Assembly (NCBI GenBank): GCA_041650795.1
Contig: JBAZKK010000001.1
Location: 10,608 to 74,607, forward strand
DNA: 64,000 nt
Direction: 5' to 3'
Origin: Candidatus Omnitrophota bacterium
Lineage (GTDB): Bacteria > Omnitrophota > Gorgyraeia > Gygaellales > Profunditerraquicolaceae
The notes below the pieces were generated by a model that did no database searches, had not been told where the DNA came from, and saw only the letters and a list, made by a program, of their open reading frames with translations. The translations under genes were made by a program, and so were the position numbers. Below are positions 35,130 to 43,889 of the stretch, in pieces. The first letter of the stretch is position 1, and each line of letters starts with the position of its first letter.

Positions 35130-37208
35130 ATGCAAATTAAGTTCGGCGAGAGGGAATTAATTTTAGATACCGGTAAGGTTGCCCGTCAGGCCAACGGTTC
35201 GGTTGTCGTTACCTACGGGGGTACGGTAGTATTGGTTACTGCCTGTATGTCCAAGGAACCGCGCGAGGGGCAGGATTTTTTCCCTTTGACCGTGGAATAC
35301 CAAGAGAAGACCTATGCCGCAGGCAGGATACCCGGGGGGTTCTTCAAGCGCGAAGGAAGGCCTTCCGAAAGCGAGATATTGACATCGCGTCTGATAGACC
35401 GTCCTATCAGGCCGCTGTTCCCGAAGGGGATGTTTAATGATGTGCAGGTAATGGCAATTGTTATCTCCAGCGACGGAGAGAATGACCCCGACGTTCTGGC
35501 GGTCAATGGCGCCTCGGCGGCCTTGTCCATTTCAGACATACCTTTCGCAGGACCGCTCGCATGCTGCAGGGTAGGCAGGACGGACGGCAGGTTTGTGCTT
35601 AATCCCACCTACGCGCAGTTAGAAAATTCCGACCTTGACATCGTGGTGGTAATGAACAAAAAAGGCGTGGTAATGCTGGAGTCCAAGCTCAAGGAGGTAG
35701 GCGAGGATGTTTTTATAGAGGCGGTAAAGTTTGCCTGCGATAACCTGAAGGGGATTATTGCGATGCAGGAAGAGTTCGTTGGGAAATTCGCAAAGCCCAA
35801 AAACGAAACCGTTGCCTACCGAAAGATCGATTCTTCCCTGCAAAATAAGGTCGAGGAGCTCTCAGCCGGGAGATTCAAGTCTATTTATGACTTAAGCGAA
35901 AAGCAGGAGCGCGAGGAAGCAGTAGATATCCTTTCCAAGGAGCTCGAGGCCAAGCTTGCGGAAGATGGGTTTGAGTCCGCTGATATCAAAGCGGCCCTCT
36001 CAGAAGCAGAGGGAAAAGAGCTGCGTAAAAAAATATTGGAGGAGGGAATCCGCCCGGATAAAAGGGGTTTTAAGGATATCCGGCCCATTAACTGCGAGGT
36101 TGCGGTATTGCCGCGTACCCACGGCTCAAGTCTTTTTACCCGTGGGCAGACCCAGAGCCTGGCAGTTACTACGCTTGGTACCGGAGACGACGAGCAGTTA
36201 ATCGAGGCCCTGGAGGGCGAAAAATACAAAACCTTCATGTTGCATTACAGCTTTCCTCCTTTTAGCGTAGGAGAGACTGCTCCGGTGCGCGGCCCCGGAC
36301 GCCGTGAAATAGGCCACGGCGCCCTGGCAGAGAAGGCGCTGTCGGCAGTAATGCCTTCCAAGGAAAAATTCCCTTATACCATCCGGGTGGTATCCGAGAT
36401 CTTGGAATCCAACGGCTCCTCCAGTATGGCTACGGTATGTTCCGCAACCCTTTCTCTTATGGATGCCGGCGTGCCCATTAAAGAGGCAGTTGCGGGAATT
36501 GCCCTTGGTCTTGTAAAAGAGGGCGGTAAAGCGGTAATATTGAGCGATATCACGGGGGTGGAGGATCATTTCGGAGATATGGATTTTAAGGTTGCCGGCA
36601 CCAGAAGCGGCTTGACCGCGGTGCAGCTGGATTTGAAGATTGACGGCATCACCGCGGAACTCCTCGAGAAATGCCTGCTTCAAGGAAAAGAGGGCAGGGA
36701 TTTCATATTGAGCAAGATTAACGCCGCGCTCGCAGGTCCGCGTCAGGATCTATCCTCCTATGCCCCGCGCATCGAGGTGCTTAAGATTAACACTGAGAAG
36801 ATCGGAGAGCTTATCGGGCCTGGCGGAAAGAATGTCAAGGCTATCATCGCCGCTACCGGAGCCAGCGTAGACATCAAGGACGACGGCACGGTCCTGGTAG
36901 GTTCTACCGACTCAGCCGCTTCGGCAGAGGCAATCAAGATGATCAAGCTTATTGTAGAAGATGTTGAGGTGGGTCGTATATATTCCGCCAAGGTTAAGCG
37001 TATCATGGCCTTTGGGGCATTTTGCGAGATTGCCCCGCGCAAGGAAGGCCTAGTGCACGTTTCGGAATTAGCAAATCGTTTTGTCAAGAACGTCGAGGAC
37101 GAGGTCAAGGTCGGAGACGAGATTAAGGTAAAGGTCATCGGCATAGACGAGATGGGCAGGATTAACCTCAGCAAGAAACAGGCAGAAGAAAATAATAGTG
37201 AGAAGTGA
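35130..37208 (+). CDS. pnp: polyribonucleotide nucleotidyltransferase (PNPase)
   Basis: 692 aa. Two RNase PH domains, a KH domain (GELIGPGGKNVK) and an S1 domain (GRIYSAKVKRIMAFGAFCEI). Confidence 0.96.
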   Translation: MQIKFGERELILDTGKVARQANGSVVVTYGGTVVLVTACMSKEPREGQDFFPLTVEYQEKTYAAGRIPGGFFKREGRPSESEILTSRLIDRPIRPLFPKGMFNDVQVMAIVISSDGENDPDVLAVNGASAALSISDIPFAGPLACCRVGRTDGRFVLNPTYAQLENSDLDIVVVMNKKGVVMLESKLKEVGEDVFIEAVKFACDNLKGIIAMQEEFVGKFAKPKNETVAYRKIDSSLQNKVEELSAGRFKSIYDLSEKQEREEAVDILSKELEAKLAEDGFESADIKAALSEAEGKELRKKILEEGIRPDKRGFKDIRPINCEVAVLPRTHGSSLFTRGQTQSLAVTTLGTGDDEQLIEALEGEKYKTFMLHYSFPPFSVGETAPVRGPGRREIGHGALAEKALSAVMPSKEKFPYTIRVVSEILESNGSSSMATVCSATLSLMDAGVPIKEAVAGIALGLVKEGGKAVILSDITGVEDHFGDMDFKVAGTRSGLTAVQLDLKIDGITAELLEKCLLQGKEGRDFILSKINAALAGPRQDLSSYAPRIEVLKINTEKIGELIGPGGKNVKAIIAATGASVDIKDDGTVLVGSTDSAASAEAIKMIKLIVEDVEVGRIYSAKVKRIMAFGAFCEIAPRKEGLVHVSELANRFVKNVEDEVKVGDEIKVKVIGIDEMGRINLSKKQAEENNSEK

Positions 37209-39391
37209 GAGAAAAGCGATTAAACGAAATCAAAGGAGTCCTTCTCATTGCATTAGGGTTGATGCTGCTGGCGAGTCTCATCAGGCCGGAGCGCCTGGAC
37301 CTTCCTTTTTATACCTCATACCCCAATAATCCCCCTCTGAACCCCTTAGGTATTTTTGGAGCATATCTCGGCGGCATCCTGGTGCTCCTTATCGGCCGCA
37401 TCACCAGTTTTATCCTTCCCCTCTTGATTCTATTCCTGGGAATAAGCCTGTTTAGACAGAAGGAGCATGACCTGCGTTTTGCCCGTGTCCTGGGGGGATT
37501 GGTATTTTTTATATCTTTGAGCTCTCTGGTGGGAATGGTTTTTATGGGTAATGAAACAAGCGCTTTTTACCTGGCAGGGTTTCTGGGTTTTAGTCTATCC
37601 CGCCTTGTTACGACATACCTGGGCCGTCTCGGAGGCTATATCGTTTTTATAACCCTCGCCGTCCTTTCCTTCGTGTTGGTTACCGATATCCTTTTATCCA
37701 TGCTTATCTCGCATACCTTGGAGAAAGTCAGGAGTTTTAAGAGGCCGGTATTCCGCTTCAAGAAAAACGCAAGGACTGCAGCGGTCAAATCCGTTATCAT
37801 GGAAAACAACGGGTCGCGTCGGCAATCCCTGGTTTCAGAACCCAAGGTTATTGCCCGCGAATCCAAGGCTGCTTGCGATATCAGCCCCAAGCCAAAAATC
37901 CAGATTAAGCTGAAAGAACACAAAGAGCCGCAGCCGAAGGTCAAGGCGGTTGAGACAAAGGTCGGCGATTACCACTTACCTTCGTTTGAATTCTTGGATT
38001 CCCCCCCGCCGCTGGAGGCAAGGCAGATTAAGGAGGACCTTCAGGCGAGCGCCCGCATACTGGAAGAGACCTTGGAGGATTTCGGCATTTCCGCAAAGGT
38101 CACGGACATAGAGCGTGGTCCGGTCATCACGCGTTATGAATTGGAGCCGGCTCCCGGAGTGAAATTAAACCGGATTGTGGCTTTGGGTGACGATATCGCC
38201 TTGGCCATGAAGGCGCAATCAGTGCGTATCGTAGCGCCCATCCCCGGCAAAGGCAGGGTAGGGGTGGAGGTGCCCAATACCCAGAGCAGCTTTGTTTATT
38301 TAAAAGAGGTGCTTTCTTCGGCGCAGTTTCAGGACGCTAAGTCCAGGCTTGCCCTTGCGCTGGGCAAGGATATTTCAGGCCATCCCGTAGTTACCGACCT
38401 TTCCGACATGCCGCATATTTTAATTGCCGGCACCACCGGTTCAGGAAAGACCGTTTGCGTTAATTCCTTGATACTCTCCATGCTCTTTAAGAATACCCCC
38501 CAGGAATTGAAATTCCTGATGGTAGATCCCAAGATGGTAGAATTAATGCCTTTTAACGGCCTGCCGCATCTATTGTGTCCCGTAATCACCGATGCCAAAA
38601 AAGCCGCGGTAGCCCTGAATTGGGCCTTGGGTGAAATGGAAGAGCGCTATCGTTTATTTTCCAAGGTCAGCGCCCGCAACATTGATTCCTACAATCAAAA
38701 ACAGGAGAGGATCCCGTATATCGTTATCATTATTGACGAACTGGCTGACCTGATGATGGTTTCCCGCGACCAGATTGAGAATGCCATTACCAGGCTTGCG
38801 CAACTTTCCCGTGCCGTAGGCATACATTTGGTTTTGGCTACCCAGCGTCCCTCGGTAGACGTGGTTACGGGAGTCATCAAAGCTAATTTCCCCGCCCGTA
38901 TTTCGTTTAAGGTTGCCTCGAAGGTGGATTCCCGCACCGTGCTGGACATGAATGGTGCGGATAAGTTGCTGGGCAAGGGGGACATGCTTTTTCTGCGGCC
39001 GGGAGAGGCCAAGCTGGTGCGTGCCCAGGGGTGCCTTGTTACAGATAAAGAGATTGAGCGGCTGGTAGATTTTATAAAGGCTGAGGCCGAGCCCGTTTAT
39101 GACGAGGAGATACTGGCTGGGCAGGAGAAGGCCGAACTGCATGCCGGCGCCTACGAAAAAGACGAGCTTTATGACGATGCAGTACGCATTATTATGGAGA
39201 GTAACCAGGCTTCGGTCTCCATCCTGCAGAGGAGGTTGAGGCTGGGTTATACCCGCGCCGCGCGCATCATTGATGCCATGGAACAGGAAGGCATGATTGG
39301 CCCTTTTGAGGGCAGCAAACCGCGTAAGATCCTCGTTGACCGTGAAAACTGGCTTGAGGATAGGGTTATGCCGCAGGAAGAAGAGAGCTAA
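37205..39391 (+). CDS. ftsK: DNA translocase FtsK
   Basis: N-terminal TM segments, Walker A IAGTTGSGKT, Walker B IIIDELADLM, and a C-terminal gamma winged-helix (SILQRRLRLGYTRAARIID). Confidence 0.94.
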   Translation: MREKRLNEIKGVLLIALGLMLLASLIRPERLDLPFYTSYPNNPPLNPLGIFGAYLGGILVLLIGRITSFILPLLILFLGISLFRQKEHDLRFARVLGGLVFFISLSSLVGMVFMGNETSAFYLAGFLGFSLSRLVTTYLGRLGGYIVFITLAVLSFVLVTDILLSMLISHTLEKVRSFKRPVFRFKKNARTAAVKSVIMENNGSRRQSLVSEPKVIARESKAACDISPKPKIQIKLKEHKEPQPKVKAVETKVGDYHLPSFEFLDSPPPLEARQIKEDLQASARILEETLEDFGISAKVTDIERGPVITRYELEPAPGVKLNRIVALGDDIALAMKAQSVRIVAPIPGKGRVGVEVPNTQSSFVYLKEVLSSAQFQDAKSRLALALGKDISGHPVVTDLSDMPHILIAGTTGSGKTVCVNSLILSMLFKNTPQELKFLMVDPKMVELMPFNGLPHLLCPVITDAKKAAVALNWALGEMEERYRLFSKVSARNIDSYNQKQERIPYIVIIIDELADLMMVSRDQIENAITRLAQLSRAVGIHLVLATQRPSVDVVTGVIKANFPARISFKVASKVDSRTVLDMNGADKLLGKGDMLFLRPGEAKLVRAQGCLVTDKEIERLVDFIKAEAEPVYDEEILAGQEKAELHAGAYEKDELYDDAVRIIMESNQASVSILQRRLRLGYTRAARIIDAMEQEGMIGPFEGSKPRKILVDRENWLEDRVMPQEEES

Positions 39392-39395
39392 AGAT

Positions 39396-40187
39396 ATGGA
39401 ATCCATCGGTGCAAGGCTAAAAAGGATACGCCTGGAAAAAGGGTTCGCTCTTGAAGACGTTTACAAGGCTACCCGTATCCATATCAGCATACTAAGGGGC
39501 ATCGAGGAGGACGGTCTTATAAACATCAGCCCTATATACATAAGGGGTTTTTTGAAGAATTACTGCAAATTTTTAGGAGAAGACCCCGTCGACTATATCA
39601 CCGATTATAGAGAATCGCAGACGCCGCTGGTTGTCAAGACCGGCCATAAAGACAAAACAGGCTCCTTGTTTAGATATGCCTCCGCCAGCATCCTTTCCAT
39701 AAGGTCCCGTTTTAAGATTAAGATATTCCTGGCTGTTATTGCCGGCATATTCACGGTTATCATTATATTTAATCTAGGCAAGGCTATTGTAACGAGGATA
39801 AATTTATTTTTGCACCGCCCGCGCCAGGCGTCAGCCGTTGCTGTCAGGAGTGAAAAAAAGACCAGGCAGCCGGCAAGGGTAGTGAACTCCAGCCAGCGCG
39901 AGATCTCGCTGCCGGCCAATAGCGGCATCGGCGTAAAGCTCACTATTTATGCCAGAGAAAACTGTTTTCTGGAGGTAAGGTCTGACGGCAAGGTAATGTT
40001 TAAGGGAAGATTAAGGAAGGGCAGGTCAGAGATCTGGCGGGCTAAAAGCAAGATTGAACTCTCCTTGGGCAATGCCGGCGCAGTAGACCTGCAGATTAAC
40101 AGCAGGCATATCGCCAGCCTCGGCGCGAAAGGGCAGTCCCTCAAGAATATCGTCATCACCAAGGACAGTCTGGTTATACCGCGATGA
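39396..40187 (+). CDS. rodZ: RodZ-like HTH/transmembrane protein with DUF4115-type C-terminus
   Basis: N-terminal XRE-type HTH (IGARLKRIRLEKGFALEDVYKATRI), one TM segment, and a beta-rich C-terminus. I prefer ATG 39396 over the ORF-track start 39297, which overlaps ftsK. Confidence 0.75.
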   Translation: MESIGARLKRIRLEKGFALEDVYKATRIHISILRGIEEDGLINISPIYIRGFLKNYCKFLGEDPVDYITDYRESQTPLVVKTGHKDKTGSLFRYASASILSIRSRFKIKIFLAVIAGIFTVIIIFNLGKAIVTRINLFLHRPRQASAVAVRSEKKTRQPARVVNSSQREISLPANSGIGVKLTIYARENCFLEVRSDGKVMFKGRLRKGRSEIWRAKSKIELSLGNAGAVDLQINSRHIASLGAKGQSLKNIVITKDSLVIPR

Positions 40188-41443
40188 AACGCCACCCCGG
40201 CAACAAGATAGGGATTGTCAGCCTCGGCTGTCCCCGCAATCTGGTGGATGCGGAGGTTATGCTGGGCAGGTTACGGGAGAAGGGGTATTCGGTGGCGGAT
40301 ATACATAAGGCCGATGTCGGCATCGTCAATACCTGCGCCTTTATCGAAGATGCCAAGGCCGAATCTATCAAAGCCATCCTTGAGCTAATTGACCTGAAGA
40401 AAGAAGGAAAACTTAGGAAGATAATCGTCTCGGGGTGCCTTCCTCAACGCTATAAAAAAGAATTAATCAGGGAGTTGCCTGAGGTGGATGCCTTCATAGG
40501 CGCTCCTGCGCTTAACCATTCCACTCAGCGGTTTCCAATAACTCCGGCGCATTACGCTTATCTTAAGATCTGCGAGGGCTGTATCAGCAATTGCAGTTAT
40601 TGCGCTATACCGCGGATAAAAGGCAGGCTTAGAAGTCTTGAGCCCGCAGATGTCCTGGCAAAGGTAGAGGTATTAAACCGTCAGGGCATAGCAGAGCTTA
40701 ACGTTATCGGACAGGACATCACCGGCTACGGGACGGATCTCTACGGCTCGCCGCAGTTGGGGCGTATCCTTCGGGGGATAGTCAAAAAAAGCGCTGCTAT
40801 CGGATGGTTGAGGTTACTTTATCTTTACCCCAGCCGGGTCACCGAAGAGGTGCTTGATATTATAAGAGGAGAGGAGAGGGTTTGTAAGTACCTGGACCTG
40901 CCTCTGCAGCACGTCAACGACCGCATACTTAAGCTGATGCGCCGTAACACCAAGAAGAAGGATATCATGCGTTTGATAGAGAAGATACGCAGGCGCATAC
41001 CGGCCGTAGCGATACGCACTTCCCTGCTTGTAGGTTTTCCTTCGGAGACGGAGAGGGAATTCAAGGAACTGCTGGATTTTGTCAGGGAGGTAAAATTCGA
41101 GAGGCTGGGGGCTTTTGCTTATTCGCGCGAGGAAGGCACGGATGCGGCGAGGCGCAGAGGGCAGCTTTCAGAGAAGATAAAAGAAGAACGCCTGGGAGCG
41201 GTCATGTCGCTGCAACAGGGGGTTTCTTCGCAGCTGAACCGGGAATTTTTAGGCAGAACAATCAGGGTGCTAATCGACGAGAAGGATAGCAATGGTATCT
41301 ATCTCGGGCGCAGCCAGTACGATGCCCCTGAGGTTGACGGCCTGGTTTATGTAAAATCCAAGCAGCCCTTAAAAGCGGGCGGTTTCTGTGATGTCAGGGT
41401 TACGGATACCTTGGAGTACGATTTAACAGGGGAGGTTGTTTAA
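40184..41443 (+). CDS. rimO: ribosomal protein S12 methylthiotransferase RimO
   Basis: IGIVSLGCPRNLVDAEVMLG N-terminus, radical SAM CISNCSYC, and a C-terminal TRAM domain. Confidence 0.9.
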   Translation: MKRHPGNKIGIVSLGCPRNLVDAEVMLGRLREKGYSVADIHKADVGIVNTCAFIEDAKAESIKAILELIDLKKEGKLRKIIVSGCLPQRYKKELIRELPEVDAFIGAPALNHSTQRFPITPAHYAYLKICEGCISNCSYCAIPRIKGRLRSLEPADVLAKVEVLNRQGIAELNVIGQDITGYGTDLYGSPQLGRILRGIVKKSAAIGWLRLLYLYPSRVTEEVLDIIRGEERVCKYLDLPLQHVNDRILKLMRRNTKKKDIMRLIEKIRRRIPAVAIRTSLLVGFPSETEREFKELLDFVREVKFERLGAFAYSREEGTDAARRRGQLSEKIKEERLGAVMSLQQGVSSQLNREFLGRTIRVLIDEKDSNGIYLGRSQYDAPEVDGLVYVKSKQPLKAGGFCDVRVTDTLEYDLTGEVV

Positions 41444-41444
41444 G

Positions 41445-42023
41445 ATGAATATCGCAAACCGTCTTACCGTCTTAAGGATACTCCTGACTTTCGTATTCAT
41501 GTTTTTCCTGTTTTGCCACGGTCTCTGGGCCAAGGCCTTGAGCCTGCTTATTTTTATTCTTGCCGCGCTTTCCGATTTTTTTGACGGCAGGATAGCGCAG
41601 AAGAAAAACATGGTTACGGATTTCGGAAGGTTGATGGATCCCATTGCTGATAAAATCCTGGTGCTGGCGGCGTTTGCGGCATTCGTGCAGATGCAGCTTA
41701 TCGATGCCTGGATGTTTGTAATCATTATTTCGCGCGAAATCCTGATTACGTCGCTGAGGTTGTTTGCGCTTAATAAGGGCCGGGTATTGTCTGCCAGCAA
41801 GGCCGGCAAGCATAAGACATTCTCGCAGATGGCGGTGATTTTCTTTATCCTGCTTTTTGTAGTCTTAAAAGAAGTAATGCTGACTTTTTTTACCTGGAAT
41901 CCAGCCTGGGAGAGGCTCTTTAGCCAGAGCATCTATATCCTTATGCTCCTGACGGTGGCGCTGACGCTTTATTCCGGGCTGTCCTACCTATGGGAAAACC
42001 GCAAGGTTATCGCTAAATTCTAA
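41445..42023 (+). CDS. pgsA: CDP-diacylglycerol--glycerol-3-phosphate 3-phosphatidyltransferase
   Basis: CDP-alcohol phosphatidyltransferase motif DFFDGRIAQ...G...DPIADK. ATG 41445 lies 9 nt after GGAGG; the ORF-track TTG at 41436 is the alternative. Confidence 0.88.
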   Translation: MNIANRLTVLRILLTFVFMFFLFCHGLWAKALSLLIFILAALSDFFDGRIAQKKNMVTDFGRLMDPIADKILVLAAFAAFVQMQLIDAWMFVIIISREILITSLRLFALNKGRVLSASKAGKHKTFSQMAVIFFILLFVVLKEVMLTFFTWNPAWERLFSQSIYILMLLTVALTLYSGLSYLWENRKVIAKF

Positions 42024-42027
42024 CCAG

Positions 42028-42495
42028 ATGAGAATCGCGGCATACTTGGTAAAAGCAACAGCTACCTTTTTTGGCCTGGGGTATCTGCCGTTTATGCCTG
42101 GTACGTTTGCCAGCCTGGCCGGATTTCTGATATTTGTATTAATCGGAGCCAACAGCACCGTGTACGTTCTGGTCGCCGGTGCAGTATTAGTCGTAGGATT
42201 TCTAGCTTGCGGCAGGGCAGAAGAGATTTTTAAACGAAAAGATTCCTCTCGTATTGTGATAGATGAAGTGGGAGGAATGCTGGTAGCGCTGCTTTGTATG
42301 CCCTATGATTTGAAGATAGCGGTTCTCGCCTTTGTATTATTCAGGATATTAGATATTACCAAGCCTTTCCCTGCCAATGGTCTCCAGCGTTTTCGCGGCA
42401 GCCTCGGAGTTATGGCCGATGATATTGTATCCGGATTATACGCAAATCTCATACTTCAGCTAGCCTTGAGGTTTACTTTCTTGAGGGGTTCGTAG
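42028..42495 (+). CDS. pgpA: phosphatidylglycerophosphatase A
   Basis: 155 aa. LGYLPFMPGTFASL and DDIVSGLYA motifs. Confidence 0.85.
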   Translation: MRIAAYLVKATATFFGLGYLPFMPGTFASLAGFLIFVLIGANSTVYVLVAGAVLVVGFLACGRAEEIFKRKDSSRIVIDEVGGMLVALLCMPYDLKIAVLAFVLFRILDITKPFPANGLQRFRGSLGVMADDIVSGLYANLILQLALRFTFLRGS

Positions 42496-43028
42496 AGCGG
42501 CCCCTGCGGCGTGAGATTGCTTTTAATCAAGGAAACCCCCGAGGAACTAAATTGCAGTTTTGCCTCCCGAGGCATTAGCCGGCAGTCATTTAAGTATTGA
42601 ATAAGCGAGGTTATGTTAAGGCCGGACCTGGTTCTTGCGATGGTCAGGTGCGGGGAGAATTCTTTTTTTTCTTTCGGTATGCCCAGGAGAGAGAATTCTT
42701 CATCGAGTTGCCCTGCCAGCCGCGTCGCCTCTTCTCCCCCGCGGCTTAAACCTACCCAGATTATACGCGGAGAGGTTATCTCGGGGAATGCCCCCAGCTC
42801 ACCCAGCGCAATAATAAAGTCGTCATGAGAGGGGCAGACCCGCTGCATTATATCCGCAACTGCTTTTGCCTGTTTGTCTTGGATCTCTCCGAGGAATTTC
42901 AGGGTAAGATGGATGTTGCCGGGCGCTACCCACTTTACGTCCGCCCCGGATCTGCGCAGTTTATCCTGCAGGGTTTTCAGAAAATCCTTGATTTCCTCAG
43001 GGATTTCAATGGCAACAAAGGCACGCAT
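42456..43028 (-). CDS. thpR: RNA 2',3'-cyclic phosphodiesterase (2H family, LigT/ThpR)
   Basis: Two HxTx motifs (HLTLKF and HLTIAR). 190 aa. Confidence 0.88.
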   Translation of the reverse strand: MRAFVAIEIPEEIKDFLKTLQDKLRRSGADVKWVAPGNIHLTLKFLGEIQDKQAKAVADIMQRVCPSHDDFIIALGELGAFPEITSPRIIWVGLSRGGEEATRLAGQLDEEFSLLGIPKEKKEFSPHLTIARTRSGLNITSLIQYLNDCRLMPREAKLQFSSSGVSLIKSNLTPQGPLYEPLKKVNLKAS

Positions 43029-43498
43029 TATTTAACGATGGTCTCCAGGAGCTGGAGGGATTCCAGGGCCGCCATTTTTCTTATGGCGCCTCGGCTTTCG
43101 CGAAAAATAAATTTACGCCAGACTGTTTGTCCTTTGCCCGATACCGCAATAAATACTGTCCCTACCGGTTTGCCGCGGGTCGCTCCATCCGGCCCGGCAA
43201 TGCCGGTGATACCGATGCCGAAATCGGCCCCGATAAGCCTGCGTGCGTTCTGCGCCATCAGCACCGCTACTTCTTTTGAGACGGCGCCTTTTAGACAGAT
43301 AAGGCGGTGCGGGATACCAAGTAGGGTTTCTTTGGCTTTGTTACTGTAGGCGCTTACTCCCAGGAGGAAATATTTAGAACTGCCCGGATAGCGAGTGATT
43401 AGATAAGAAAGCAGACCTGCGGTGCATGATTCTGCGGCAGCCAGGGTTTGGTTATTTTTGAGGAGTAAGCTGTGTATCCTGCGGGTCGAGTCTCTCAT
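43028..43498 (-). CDS. pncC: CinA C-terminal domain protein / nicotinamide-nucleotide amidohydrolase
   Basis: LAAAESCTAGLLS motif. I prefer the Met at 43498 because the ORF-track start (43534) lies inside the + strand rib promoter. Confidence 0.82.
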   Translation of the reverse strand: MRDSTRRIHSLLLKNNQTLAAAESCTAGLLSYLITRYPGSSKYFLLGVSAYSNKAKETLLGIPHRLICLKGAVSKEVAVLMAQNARRLIGADFGIGITGIAGPDGATRGKPVGTVFIAVSGKGQTVWRKFIFRESRGAIRKMAALESLQLLETIVK

Positions 43499-43528
43499 GA
43501 GGAGTATTATAAGAGTTTTTAAAGGTAT

Positions 43529-43556
43529 TGACAAGCGCAGTTTTTCTGTTAAAATA
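43529..43556 (+). promoter_or_regulatory. promoter TTGACA-16-TAAAAT driving the FMN riboswitch and ribBA
   Basis: Consensus -35 TTGACA at 43529-43534, a 16-nt spacer, TAAAAT at 43551-43556. Confidence 0.7.
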
Positions 43557-43563
43557 CCTTCAT

Positions 43564-43833
43564 TGATCTTCGGGGCAAGGTGACCCGCCTTTCGTAGGCG
43601 GTTATTCCTGACCGGCGGTAGTGTAAAGACGCATACTAATCCATACGTTTGGATTAGGTATTAGCGTAGAAGCGCACGCCGATTCATCCTTTTGAATCTG
43701 GTGTTAGCGCAAAAGCACATTCCAGTCTATCCTTAGATTGGAGGGAAAGCCCGCGAGCCTCTGCAGCAACGCAAGCGGAGGCTGACCTGGCGGAATTCCA
43801 GGGCCGATGGTAAAGTCCAGATGGGAGAAGATT
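43564..43833 (+). ncRNA. FMN riboswitch (RFN element) aptamer with enlarged P2 and P3 regions
   Basis: Conserved RFN strings are present: ATCTTCGGGGCAAGGTGA, TTCCTGACCGGCGGTA, AAGCCCGCGAGCC, CTGGCGGAATTCCAGGGCCGATGGTAAAGTCCAGATGGGAGAAGAT. P1 pairs GATCTTC with GAAGAT. It lies upstream of ribBA. Confidence 0.88.
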
Positions 43834-43845
43834 AGGAGATTTTTT

Positions 43846-43873
43846 ACCCGAAGATTATCTCTTCGGGTTTTTT
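43846..43873 (+). terminator. intrinsic terminator (riboswitch expression platform)
   Basis: ACCCGAAG-attatct-CTTCGGGT followed by TTTTTT. Located 17 nt before the ribBA ATG. Confidence 0.8.
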
Positions 43874-43889
43874 AATAGGCAGGTGGTAA

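Noticed and set aside
39297-39395. N-terminal extension of the rodZ-like ORF (ORF-track start 39297)
   Set aside because: It overlaps the ftsK 3' end by 95 nt in another frame and encodes an Arg-rich non-homologous stretch. The HTH begins right at ATG 39396. The ORF-track extensions of ribF (56787), rsmH (58231), the cca-family gene (53936), acyP (48859) and cinA (43534) were trimmed for the same reason.
38654-39406. 250-aa - strand ORF antisense to ftsK (and 105-aa ORF at 38695-39012)
   Set aside because: Shadow ORFs opposite the FtsK motor domain, with no motifs, RBS or promoter context.
42613-43349. + strand ORFs (71 and 174 aa) opposite thpR and cinA
   Set aside because: The - strand genes carry diagnostic motifs (two HxTx motifs; AAESCTAGL). 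The + strand translations are Pro/Arg/Ser-rich shadows.
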